A DNA stretch of 58,883 nt, filler included. It is 7 parts of 7 records of this genome, joined end to end, with 100 filler letters (N's around TTAATTAATTAA, not from the genome) between each part and the next. Parts side by side here need not be neighbours in the genome. Positions count along the whole stretch, not along the records: positions 32,035 to 39,131 come from SRR31156797_64280; positions 39,232 to 45,416 come from SRR31156797_64334; 5 more parts are not named here. One strand, 5' to 3'. The translations under genes were made by a program, and so were the position numbers. The notes below the pieces were generated by a model, which ran no database searches, was not told the DNA's origin, and worked only from the letters and a program-made list of their open reading frames with translations. How positions within the stretch are numbered: the first letter of the stretch is position 1; every line of letters starts with the position of its first letter. Below are positions 32,182 through 41,237 of this stretch, piece by piece.

Positions 32182-32694
32182 TCACCCCGATTTTATAATT
32201 CGTCGTGCGGTAATATATTTCTTTCTATAATAGCCCTTGTCCAGTCGTTGCACTTCCACGCGTTTCCCCGATCTGGGAGCGTGAATGAACTTGCCGCCTC
32301 CCGTATATATGCCTACATGGTAACTGCCGTAGTATGACACTTTAAAAAATACCAGATCTCCCGGTCTCAGCTTCTTTTTGGGAACATATAGGCCTGTTTT
32401 CATCTGGTCTTTAGCTCTGCGAGGCAGTTTGTACCCGTACCTTTTGTAAACATAAGATGTAAAGCCGCTACAGTCAAAACCCTTCGGACTGCTGCCTCCG
32501 AACCTGTAGGGCACGCCGATATAAGACTTAGCCGTATAAACGACTTTTTGGCCGCTAGTCGCCTTTTTTACGGCCGGTTTTGTAGTGGATTTTACCTTGG
32601 GGGGAGCGACTCTGACCTTACTGACGCTGCATCCTTGACAACAGAAAAAGGCTGCGGTCAGCATCATGATAAATGTAATAAAAACTTTTTTCAT
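32182..32694 (-). CDS. NlpC/P60 (C40) cell-wall peptidase, probable lipoprotein
   Basis: PYRFGG...GFDCSGF, PGDLVFF, HVGIY, FIHAP; signal peptide ending QGC. Confidence 0.93.
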   Translation of the reverse strand: MKKVFITFIMMLTAAFFCCQGCSVSKVRVAPPKVKSTTKPAVKKATSGQKVVYTAKSYIGVPYRFGGSSPKGFDCSGFTSYVYKRYGYKLPRRAKDQMKTGLYVPKKKLRPGDLVFFKVSYYGSYHVGIYTGGGKFIHAPRSGKRVEVQRLDKGYYRKKYITARRIIKSG

Positions 32695-33129
32695 AAGCGA
32701 TTCAATCGGCAATTCAAATAGTAATTTTAAGTTAACAATTAATCATTATCTTGTATATTTACAATCTTAATATACAGTATGTAGTATCTATTTAAATTAC
32801 AATAATTCCAATTACATAAACTGGATAATATATTATCAAATTAACGTTAATTTAGCAAACTTTAATTGAATTTAGGTGCAATATGCAGTGTATTATTTGG
32901 CTGTTTTGAAGAGCTTTTTATATGCTAAACGGCAGAAAATAGGCTGGATAAATGTTATTAATATTGCGGATAATCTGATTTATAAAGCACGAGCGCCCTG
33001 CTCAAGAAGCAGTGCGCCCGTGTTTCGAAATCATGAAAACAGGTTTAATCTTGAATCGTGCACCCGATTGATTAACGATTAAACGATTAATAATTAACTG
33101 GAAATACCCTGGTAGGTGCACAAAACATA

Positions 33130-33308
33130 GGCAGATAAGGATAAATCGCGACCCGGGCGCCGACTCAGGGGCCAAGACCATAGGCGGGATGGGGATGGTT
33201 ACAATCCCGCCTTACTTATAAGCAATATGGGATTGGCATTAAAGCGATAAATCCCAGGGGGTTTGGGGGACTGGTCCCAGTATTACCCACTCGAAATAGC
33301 GAAGAACC
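33130..33308. mobile_element. Orphan IS end, ISL3-like
   Basis: Ends in TTACCCACTCGAAATAGCGAAGAACC (GGTTCTTCGC on minus) followed by an A-rich flank; internal hairpin 33182-33212; no transposase; left boundary approximate. Confidence 0.45.
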
Positions 33309-33351
33309 TAAAAAGAAAACGCAAAATACATTATTCGGAATCGCAATTCAC

Positions 33352-34812
33352 CTACCTCAGCGAATCTAAAAAACATCCACTAGCACTATCTCCTCCTACG
33401 TAATCCACTCCATAAATGGAAGTAGGTATTGAATCTTCTAACCAATGTATGGACCCTCCATTTTTAATTTCGAGATCACCGTTGATCTTTAGATCCACCT
33501 CCAAATGCAAAGGGTCACCCACCATCCAATCCGTTGGGAGGTAAGCGGTTGAACCGGTTACATACATCATAATATCATCCTCCCACGTACTGGGCGGGTT
33601 AAAGCTATGACCATGTTCTTTGTCCCACCCATAGATCGTCGTACCATCGCTATCCCAGATGTAGTGTTGGAATACATGGGCGTGACCGGTAAAAATCGCC
33701 TTAATTTTCTTATGATGGTCTCGGATCGTCTTAATGTATAGTTCTCTCATAGTTTTGATTTGTACATTGTTACAAGCAACTGGTATACCTTTTTCGGTTA
33801 TTTCACGTATCGGAGAAACATGCCAGAACAAAATAGCCGTTCTCCCTGTCACAGAAGCTAAAAAATTATCAAGTCTTAGAACTTGTTGCCAATTGAAACA
33901 CACGCAACTGCCTTGATCTCCAGTAAGAGTGGTATATCCACTATCCATCATATAAAAGCTCCACCCATTTTTTATAATTTTTGTTTTTGGTATTCTTTCA
34001 TCCGGATATTCCGCATAAGTGTCAACCTTGTGGAAGGAATTAGGGGATTTAGCATGCTTATCGAATATACCGATTGCGTGATCCCTCCATATGTAGGACT
34101 TTTTCTTTGCCCACTTATAGTTTCTAATGTCGTGATTACCTAGCACCATGTGATGTTCAACGGTTGCATGGAAGGAGTCACGGACATACCTGAAGAATTG
34201 ACAAGCCATATCATAACAACCCGAAATTTCGGTCCCCTCTTTACTAAGATACAGGTCCTCGATAAAATCCCCTAGGCCAAAAATGAAATGATTTGTATCT
34301 CGCGAATTTTTACCTACAGCTTTCATCCTTGTAATGTTGTCGCGTATCCGTTCTTCACTGGTACAATTATGGGCCTTCCTAGAGGGGGGGATATAACCTG
34401 GGCAACAGATGTGAGTGTCGGCATACACAGCAAAACTCACAGCTCCTACTGTAACGAAGTTGGCTGCCTCACTCATCGTTTCTGTTCCGGAGTGATAGAC
34501 CACCTCAAGGCGGTGTGATCCGTAGTTCAATTTGCCGGCGTCGTAGTAGAGGGAGAATTGACCGCTTTCGTTTTTCCCTTCAGAAACTGGATTACCATCG
34601 ATGAAGAACTCGACATAATCGATTTCATCTATTTGGTCATGGTTAACAAATTGGTCATGGTTAACAGAAACACGAAATTCACCGTGAACGACCGCTCCAT
34701 CCAACTGCAACGCTGATGATGATTTCAGAAGCGTTTTGTAGGTAATTCCTGCCCAAGAAATTGATCCTGTTAGAAAGAGTATCAGTAGGTTTACGATTGT
34801 TATTAGCTTCAT
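33352..34812 (-). CDS. Secreted calcineurin-like metallophosphoesterase with N-terminal Ig-like domain
   Basis: Signal peptide from ATG 34812; VEFFIDG Ig-like strand; DTH, GDFIED, GNHD, H, GHAH motifs; C-terminal GGDSASGCFLDSLR. Confidence 0.8.
   Translation of the reverse strand: MKLITIVNLLILFLTGSISWAGITYKTLLKSSSALQLDGAVVHGEFRVSVNHDQFVNHDQIDEIDYVEFFIDGNPVSEGKNESGQFSLYYDAGKLNYGSHRLEVVYHSGTETMSEAANFVTVGAVSFAVYADTHICCPGYIPPSRKAHNCTSEERIRDNITRMKAVGKNSRDTNHFIFGLGDFIEDLYLSKEGTEISGCYDMACQFFRYVRDSFHATVEHHMVLGNHDIRNYKWAKKKSYIWRDHAIGIFDKHAKSPNSFHKVDTYAEYPDERIPKTKIIKNGWSFYMMDSGYTTLTGDQGSCVCFNWQQVLRLDNFLASVTGRTAILFWHVSPIREITEKGIPVACNNVQIKTMRELYIKTIRDHHKKIKAIFTGHAHVFQHYIWDSDGTTIYGWDKEHGHSFNPPSTWEDDIMMYVTGSTAYLPTDWMVGDPLHLEVDLKINGDLEIKNGGSIHWLEDSIPTSIYGVDYVGGDSASGCFLDSLR
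34633..34668. repeat. In-frame 18-bp tandem duplication
   Basis: TTGGTCATGGTTAACA(AA/GA) x2, encoding VNHDQF-VNHDQI. Confidence 0.85.
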
Positions 34813-34863
34813 GCTTCCCTCCTCTTTTGAAGTCAACGACACAACTACCACTTCGGGTTTAGT

Positions 34864-35442
34864 CTCGAATTATGCGGCAAGCTCCGCAATTTCTTTGTTG
34901 CAAGTCCTTTGGGCCCGATTTTAGCCCGTTGAACGGGTCTAAATCCGGAGCGAGAGGTCTGATTCAATCCGCCAAGAGGCGATTTCTCGCCAAATTCTCT
35001 GAAAATTTTATGTTTCTCCAACTCTCGGACATGGTCATCCATCGGTATTCACTCGGTCAATCTAAAACCTGCTCGTCAGCCATGACCGAACACCGCTTGG
35101 TAGTGATGCCGAAGCGGAAAGGCAGAAGCAACGTGCACCCACCAATATCGGCTATGGTAGGAGACACGGGATGCGACCTTGACAACCCTGCGGATCAGCC
35201 ATTCCACCGACCGTTTGACCTCTTCTCCCGCCATGTAGAATTCACGCAGCAGGTGGAGCAGGTTGTAGGCCAATAGCCACATCTTGAGCCGGGCCCGGTT
35301 GAAATCCGGCCTCAAAGCCCCATTTTTCCTTTCACCACCATCAGGCATCCCAAACTCACCGCCGCAATGTATTTTAATAATTTTATCAGGTGGTTACACG
35401 CGTTTGAACCTATATTTGGGGAATTCTGCCGCATAATTCAGG
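34864..35442 (-). mobile_element. Internally deleted IS1380-family element (MITE-like, about 580 bp)
   Basis: Imperfect 16-bp terminal IRs CTCGAATTATGCGGCA (34864) and TGCCGCATAATTCAGG (35427-35442), enclosing a transposase remnant. Confidence 0.75.
35076..35348 (-). pseudogene. IS1380-family transposase remnant (N-terminus fused to C-terminus)
   Basis: GERKNGALRPDFNR joined directly to NRARL..LLAYNLL...VASRV; catalytic core absent; 90 aa. Confidence 0.75.
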
Positions 35443-35443
35443 T

Positions 35444-36535
35444 TTAAATTAATCCTCGCTCAATCCTTATTCGATTGACAAGTTCCGGATGATCCGCCGG
35501 CCCTGTATCTTCAAATCTACGAACGATGCTGATTGCGTTTGTGGGGCATACTCCCGCGCATACGCCGCAGCCGATGCACCAATCCATATCCATTTCTATT
35601 TCACCGCCGTTGAGCCGAACCGCTTCCACCGGGCATATTTCCGCGCAAGCCCCGCAGGCAAGGCATCCGTCGAAATCGGTCTCGCGGATAAAATAGACGG
35701 CCATTAAAACATCCCGTGGAATTTTCCTTCTTTTTATTATGCCCACGTTCCAGCAATAGTGGCCGCAGCAGTTGCAGGTGTGCTTGGTTTCGCCCTGGGT
35801 GTTGTCCACCATGTGCACCAGGCCTTCCCGCTCGCATTCTCCCATAATATGCGCCGTCTCATCCCTGGAAACAGCCCTGGCCAATCCCCGGCTTATGACG
35901 AATTCGGCCATTTCATCATATTTGAAACAGACTTCCAGGCTGTGGGTGCAATCCGTGCGGCCGAGTATCCGGGCCGACATTCTGCAGGGGCAATGGGCCA
36001 GGGCGATTTTTTCAGCCCTGTTCACAATGGCCAGTATTTCCTCGTGAGGCAGGACGCCTTGCTTGGGGACTTCAATTTTCGCCCCTACCGGGCTGTATTT
36101 AAAAGTCTTGGTCGGCGACCCGCCATAAACTTCTCTTGTGACCGGCACGGTAAAATATTTCAGTACCAGACCGGCCATTTTGGCGGCGGTTTCATCTGTG
36201 CGGCCATGCCAAAAAAAAGCCTGGGGCATGCCGTATCCGACCTGGTGCAAGGCATAACCCTTTTCGCCCGAAGGCAGCCGGGTTGAATAAATCATGTTTT
36301 TATCGGCTGCGGATTCAAGGGCGGCTTCGAGCTCATTGTAAGGAAGAGAGGTTCTTTTGGCAGCACGGTCAAGCCCGGCCGCTTCCAACGGGGCCAGGTC
36401 ATTGGGTATGGCCAGTACGGCCTCGGCTTCGGCCGGTGTGAACATTGCCTTTAACAAGTCGATCAAAGCTTCACTGAAAGGGTAGCCCATGACCAGGCTT
36501 TCCAAATGCCGGGCTAAACGCTGGTAGACTTCCAC
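35444..36535 (-). CDS. 4Fe-4S dicluster protein with N-terminal HTH-like and Cys-rich domains
   Basis: CPCR, CNCCGHYC, CLACGACAEICP, CIGCGVCAGVCP; GGAG RBS before GTG. Confidence 0.88.
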   Translation of the reverse strand: MEVYQRLARHLESLVMGYPFSEALIDLLKAMFTPAEAEAVLAIPNDLAPLEAAGLDRAAKRTSLPYNELEAALESAADKNMIYSTRLPSGEKGYALHQVGYGMPQAFFWHGRTDETAAKMAGLVLKYFTVPVTREVYGGSPTKTFKYSPVGAKIEVPKQGVLPHEEILAIVNRAEKIALAHCPCRMSARILGRTDCTHSLEVCFKYDEMAEFVISRGLARAVSRDETAHIMGECEREGLVHMVDNTQGETKHTCNCCGHYCWNVGIIKRRKIPRDVLMAVYFIRETDFDGCLACGACAEICPVEAVRLNGGEIEMDMDWCIGCGVCAGVCPTNAISIVRRFEDTGPADHPELVNRIRIERGLI

Positions 36536-36720
36536 AATATACTCCTTAAAATTACCGGCCGCCGAGATTCCTGACAGATAGTAAAACTCGCTTTAAGATG
36601 GTTTCGAACAGATTGGCCATATCCAGCGAACGCGGTTTAATAATAATCGGATAAAGGGATAATATCATTTTTGCTCACCCAGTCAAAATAACTTTAGAGC
36701 AAATAAATTTGGACGCCCAA

Positions 36721-36757
36721 ATAAATGATCCACGCCCAAAGGACGTGGATCATTTAT
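36721..36757 (-). terminator. Hairpin terminator after selenoprotein gene
   Basis: Perfect 14-bp stem ATAAATGATCCACG/CGTGGATCATTTAT. Confidence 0.7.
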
Positions 36758-36774
36758 ACCGGCCCGCAAATATG

Positions 36775-37032
36775 TTACTGAATCAAGCCTTGTAAATGTT
36801 CGGCCATTTTATCTTCAGAAAGAGCGATTTCATTGGAAACTTGCTGCTCGTTTACAAAGACCGCTGTTGAGGCCCTTATTTTATATGACATTGCTTCCAT
36901 TGAGTCCGTCGTAAACATCTGAACATTGAGGTTGTCGCCGAACTTTTCTTTCATTTTTTCAGCCACGCCTATGGCTTGTTTGCAAGACATTCAGCCGGGG
37001 TTGCCGCTGTGAAACAATTTGATTTCGACCAT
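36775..37032 (-). CDS. Small thioredoxin-like selenoprotein (UxxC), 85 aa
   Basis: AAGGAG RBS, ATG 37032, MVEIKLFHSGNPG-TGA(36993-36991)-MSCKQ...; in-frame TGA gives a U-M-S-C motif; SECIS-like hairpin follows. Confidence 0.8.
36961..36976 (-). promoter_or_regulatory. Candidate bacterial SECIS element
   Basis: AGCCAT-AGGC-GTGGCT starting 14 nt after the TGA; G at second loop position. Confidence 0.65.
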
Positions 37033-37288
37033 ATTTCTTTCTCCTTTCAAGGGTTGGTCTTTAACCTCTATTTATTATTACATCGGTTTTATAACTACGC
37101 AAGCAATTCACCGAAGGCTCTGCGGCATGATCATTTAATCGCCTTTTCTTAAGAGAAGCCATTTACTGCTCTTTCTTTCCAAAGCTATTGACTTGTGTTG
37201 ATAGGCCTATTCTCATACAATAGCGTGTATTGAAAAGAGGCCTTTTATAATTTCACCTTGATACGGTTCCGGCAAAAGGGGGCGCTGT

Positions 37289-38299
37289 ATGTCGATTCGA
37301 ATCCTGTTTAATTTCATCCGCAAATCGCCGCTAGGATTAATGTTAAAAATAAACAGATCCGTAAACGAATTTTACAGGGCTGCGTTCGTATCTTCAGCCA
37401 TGTCCTCGGGCATCCTTGATGCATTGTCCGACGGCCCGACCAGTATCCGTGACATAGCCCGCACACTTGATTTCAATAACAATCTGGAAGGATTGGAAGC
37501 ATGGCTCGAGCTTGGAGTCGGACTTGGAGAGTTGAAAAAAGTTCCCGAAGGGTACCGGCTCAAAGGCGCTCTTTCCAGGAGCCTGGCCCGCGAATCCAAT
37601 GATACATGGAAAGCCTATTTCCAGGCCCGCGTGGAAATCTTTTATGATTATGTACTTAAAACGCCTGCTGTCTTAAAACAAGGTCAGGCCTTTACCCTAA
37701 GCGATTCTTACGCGGAGCTTTTCGCCAGATCGTCAAAAACGGTTGAACCCGTTCTACTGGATGTAGTGGAACGGATTACTCCTCCACGGGGTGAATGCCG
37801 ACTGTTGGAAGTTGGATGCGGGTCCGGGATATATATAAAACGGGCTTGCGAGCTCAATCCCGATTTAATGGCAACGGGCATCGAACTTCAAAAATCGGCG
37901 GCGGACCTGGCCCGACAAAATATAAAAAACTGGGTTCTTGACGGCAGGGTTGAAATAGAACTGGTCGACGTTAGAGATTTCGAATGTGCCCAGCCCTATG
38001 ACCTGGTCACCTTTCACAATCTTGTATATTACTTCCCATTGAATGAAAGAGTGGAATTGTTCACACGCTTATCCGGGTTTCTCAAGCCCGGCGGCGAATT
38101 GGTCGTCACAACCCTTTGCCGTAAAAACGATCCATCAATACAATCAATGCATTTGTGGGCTTCCATGACTCGGGGATGCGGCCCTGTTCCCGAGCCGGGC
38201 CAGATTTGTGAGCAATTAAAAACCTCGGGGTTCGGTGAAGTGCGTCAAGAAAGTCTTATGCCGGGATTTTTTATGTTCACGGCTCGAAAAAGCGCCTGA
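37289..38299 (+). CDS. Class I SAM-dependent methyltransferase with N-terminal wHTH/dimerisation domain
   Basis: LLEVGCGSG, GIE, DVR, YDLV, LKPGG. Confidence 0.88.
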   Translation: MSIRILFNFIRKSPLGLMLKINRSVNEFYRAAFVSSAMSSGILDALSDGPTSIRDIARTLDFNNNLEGLEAWLELGVGLGELKKVPEGYRLKGALSRSLARESNDTWKAYFQARVEIFYDYVLKTPAVLKQGQAFTLSDSYAELFARSSKTVEPVLLDVVERITPPRGECRLLEVGCGSGIYIKRACELNPDLMATGIELQKSAADLARQNIKNWVLDGRVEIELVDVRDFECAQPYDLVTFHNLVYYFPLNERVELFTRLSGFLKPGGELVVTTLCRKNDPSIQSMHLWASMTRGCGPVPEPGQICEQLKTSGFGEVRQESLMPGFFMFTARKSA

Positions 38300-38500
38300 A
38301 ATTCACTGCCCTCTTGCTATCCCGGGCCTGAATGGATATAAGGTTCCTTATGGCGGCGTCGCCGGAAGGCAATTAATAACCGGCCGCCGCCCTGATAATT
38401 TATTCCTTGAAACCCAAAGGTGTTTTTATATAAATTGGAACCTGTCAGCAGTTGAATTCAAACTACCGACTCATGCAATTGCAGATTGAGGAGATAAAAT

Positions 38501-39131
38501 ATGCGTAGCGACGCCATGAAAAAAGGATTGGAAAAAGCGCCCCACAGATCGTTGTTCAAAGCCATGGGGTACACGGATGAAGAAATCGCACGACCCATCA
38601 TAGGAGTGGCCAACTCAAAAAATGAGATTATCCCCGGCCATGTCAATCTGGATAAAATTGCCGAAGCAGTAAAAGCCGGCATCCGTATGGCGGGCGGCAC
38701 GCCGATAGAATTTTCCACAATTGGTGTTTGCGACGGTATCGCCATGAACCACGAGGGTATGAAGTATTCTCTGGCCAGCCGAGAATTGATCGCCGATTCC
38801 GTTGAAGTTATGGCCCGGGCCCACCCTTTTGACGGCCTGGTTCTCATACCTAACTGCGATAAAATCACCCCGGGTATGTTGATGGCGGCCCTGAGACTCA
38901 ATATACCGGCCATTGCCGTTTCAGGCGGACCAATGGAAACCGGGCAGTTGGATGGCAGGGAGCTGGACCTGATTTCCGTATTCGAGGGCGTGGGCAAGGT
39001 AAAAGCCAAAAAGATTACGGAAAAAGAACTCGCCCGAATTGAAGATGCAGCCTGTCCCGGATGCGGATCATGTTCGGGCATGTTTACGGCCAATTCAATG
39101 AATTGTCTGACGGAAGCCATTGGACTCGGAC
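38501..39131 (+). CDS. ilvD: Dihydroxy-acid dehydratase (3' truncated)
   Basis: [49 protein letters not shown]. Confidence 0.96.
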
Positions 39132-39231
39132 NNNNNNNNNNNNNNNNNNNNNNNNNNNNNNNNNNNNNNNNNNNNTTAATTAATTAANNNNNNNNNNNNN
39201 NNNNNNNNNNNNNNNNNNNNNNNNNNNNNNN
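39132..39231. other. Artificial contig spacer
   Basis: Same N/TTAATTAATTAA/N spacer. Confidence 0.97.
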
Positions 39232-39332
39232 CGGGCCGCTTTTGCGGCCCATTCCGACCCATCTGCGAAGCAGATGCAGGGGCAGGTATCTCACTCTGCT
39301 TTCCCTGCACTGCGCTCGGGAATAAGGGGGTA

Positions 39333-40088
39333 CTAATTCCCTTCGGTCGTATTATCCTTTTTCTTCCGGTTCTTCCCAATGGGCCATTTTACCTTGCCGT
39401 AGCTCAAGGTCTCCGCCACAGGGCAGGCCGAAATACATTTCATGCAGTTGATGCACTGGCAGTTCCGGACCTGATCATGAACCGAAACTTCGATGTTCAT
39501 GGGACAGGCCCTGTCGCATTTCTTACAGCTGATGCAGGAGTCTTCATTCCTCTTTATGGAGAAGATGCGGGGCATGCTTAAGATCCCGTATTTCGCCGCT
39601 TCGGTACAGAGATAGTTACAGAAAGCCCGTTCAAAAAACATGGAAAGAATCAGGTAAAAGAGCATGATTCCCAGGGCAACCATCGAGGCCACAGCCGTTG
39701 TTCTCTCCGACACAACCTTCATAAATGTGCCGTATCCGTTCACAGGGGCCAGAATGAAATCCAGAATCCCGATCATAAGGATCACAAAGAGGACGTATCT
39801 CAGATACTGCAGGTACTTCTGGACTTTCCGGGGCATCTTGAATTTTCTCTTGAAGATTTTACTCCCGATATCTCCCATCACTTCCTGAACGGCACCATAG
39901 GGGCAGGCCCAGCCGCAGAAAAAGTTCCCGAAGAGGAGGGATACCGGCAGAAACACCATCAGCACCATCCTCAGATCCATATAGATTCCCGCCGCAAGCA
40001 GGACCACGAACAGCAGCTGGGCTATTCGTCTTGCCGGCTGCAGAATACTTTTTTTTGTTTTCTTGTTATTTCCTTCCATTTCCATCAA
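39333..40088 (-). CDS. Membrane 4Fe-4S binding protein (NapH/YccM-like polyferredoxin)
   Basis: FCGWACPYG, RAFCNYLC, CISCKKCDRACP, CINCMKCISACP, with TM helices. Confidence 0.88.
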   Translation of the reverse strand: MMEMEGNNKKTKKSILQPARRIAQLLFVVLLAAGIYMDLRMVLMVFLPVSLLFGNFFCGWACPYGAVQEVMGDIGSKIFKRKFKMPRKVQKYLQYLRYVLFVILMIGILDFILAPVNGYGTFMKVVSERTTAVASMVALGIMLFYLILSMFFERAFCNYLCTEAAKYGILSMPRIFSIKRNEDSCISCKKCDRACPMNIEVSVHDQVRNCQCINCMKCISACPVAETLSYGKVKWPIGKNRKKKDNTTEGN

Positions 40089-40163
40089 TCTCCTTGGTAT
40101 TTCACGATTACAAAGGGAATATAGCCTGGGCCGAAAACTTTCTACATAAACACAGAATTTAAG

Positions 40164-40186
40164 GGCTATAACATTTTGTTATAGCC
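40164..40186. promoter_or_regulatory. Palindromic candidate operator between divergent genes
   Basis: GGCTATAACA-TTT-TGTTATAGCC (10-3-10, perfect arms). Confidence 0.5.
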
Positions 40187-40250
40187 TGTATTTCGAAAGG
40201 ATTTGACAATCCCGGTGAACAAACTTATCCTTTTGAAACAGGAGGAAAAA

Positions 40251-41237
40251 ATGAAAACACGGATTTTCGGGAATACGGGGCGTTCGGTCTCTGAAGTCGG
40301 TCTGGGAACCTGGCAGCTCGGCGGAGCCGACTGGGGAAATGTCGGTGAAAAGGAAGCCCTCGGCATCCTTCATACGGCGGCGGACAGGGGGATAACCTTC
40401 ATCGACACGTCCGATGTCTACGGCCCTGAAATCAGTGAACGGTTTATCGGCAAGTTCTTAAAGGAAAGGAACGACGGGCTCTTTATCGCCACCAAACTCG
40501 GCAGATTCCCCGACCCCGGCTGGCCTGAAAACTTCACGCCTTCAGCCATGGAAGCCCATACTGACGCCTCCCTCAAGCGCCTGGGAGTCGAGGCTCTGGA
40601 TCTCACCCAGCTCCACTGCATCCCCACCGATGTGATGGCCCGGGGGGAGGTTTTTGAGACACTGAGAAATCTTCAGAAAAAGGGGAAGATCCTCCATTTC
40701 GGCGCCAGTGTTGAATCGATGGAAGAGGCCCTTATCTGTCTGGAAGAGGAGGGGCTCACCTCCCTGCAGATCATTTTCAATATATTTCGACAGAAACCGA
40801 TTGATGTGCTTTTTGAAAAAGCCCGGGACAAGGGGGTCGGAATCATCGCCCGGGTCCCTCTGGCCAGCGGACTCCTTTCAGGGAAGATGAAAAAGGACAA
40901 AAAATTCGCGAAAAATGACCACCGGCTCTACAACCGGAACGGTGAAGCCTTCAACGCCGGAGAAACCTTTGCCGGCCTCCCCTTTGAAGCCGGTGTGGAT
41001 TTAGCCGAAGAGTTGAAAGGACTCCTGCCCCCGGAGCTTCCGATGGCACAGGCCGCCCTGCGCTGGATCCTCGATCATGAAGCGGTCTCCGTCGTCATCC
41101 CCGGAGCCAGCCGTCCGGAGCAGATTGAATCCAACGCCGCGGCCTCGGAACTCTCCCCCCTCTCCGGGGAACTCCACGGGCAGCTGAAAGAGCTCTACCT
41201 GACGAAAGTCCACGGCCTTATACGGGGGGTCTATTAA
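40251..41237 (+). CDS. Aldo/keto reductase
   Basis: GLGTWQLG, DTSDVYG, ATK, SLKRL, QLH, PLASGLL, IPGA; AGGAGG RBS before ATG 40251. Confidence 0.93.
   Translation: MKTRIFGNTGRSVSEVGLGTWQLGGADWGNVGEKEALGILHTAADRGITFIDTSDVYGPEISERFIGKFLKERNDGLFIATKLGRFPDPGWPENFTPSAMEAHTDASLKRLGVEALDLTQLHCIPTDVMARGEVFETLRNLQKKGKILHFGASVESMEEALICLEEEGLTSLQIIFNIFRQKPIDVLFEKARDKGVGIIARVPLASGLLSGKMKKDKKFAKNDHRLYNRNGEAFNAGETFAGLPFEAGVDLAEELKGLLPPELPMAQAALRWILDHEAVSVVIPGASRPEQIESNAAASELSPLSGELHGQLKELYLTKVHGLIRGVY

Noticed and set aside
32987-33023. GC-rich hairpin upstream of the NlpC/P60 gene as a cyclic-dinucleotide riboswitch
   Set aside because: Single hairpin without the GEMM two-stem consensus; likely a terminator or repeat remnant.
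38331-38391. Leader peptide and hairpin upstream of ilvD as an attenuator
   Set aside because: Peptide MDIRFLMAASPEGN is not enriched in Ile/Leu/Val, and the hairpin has no U tract.
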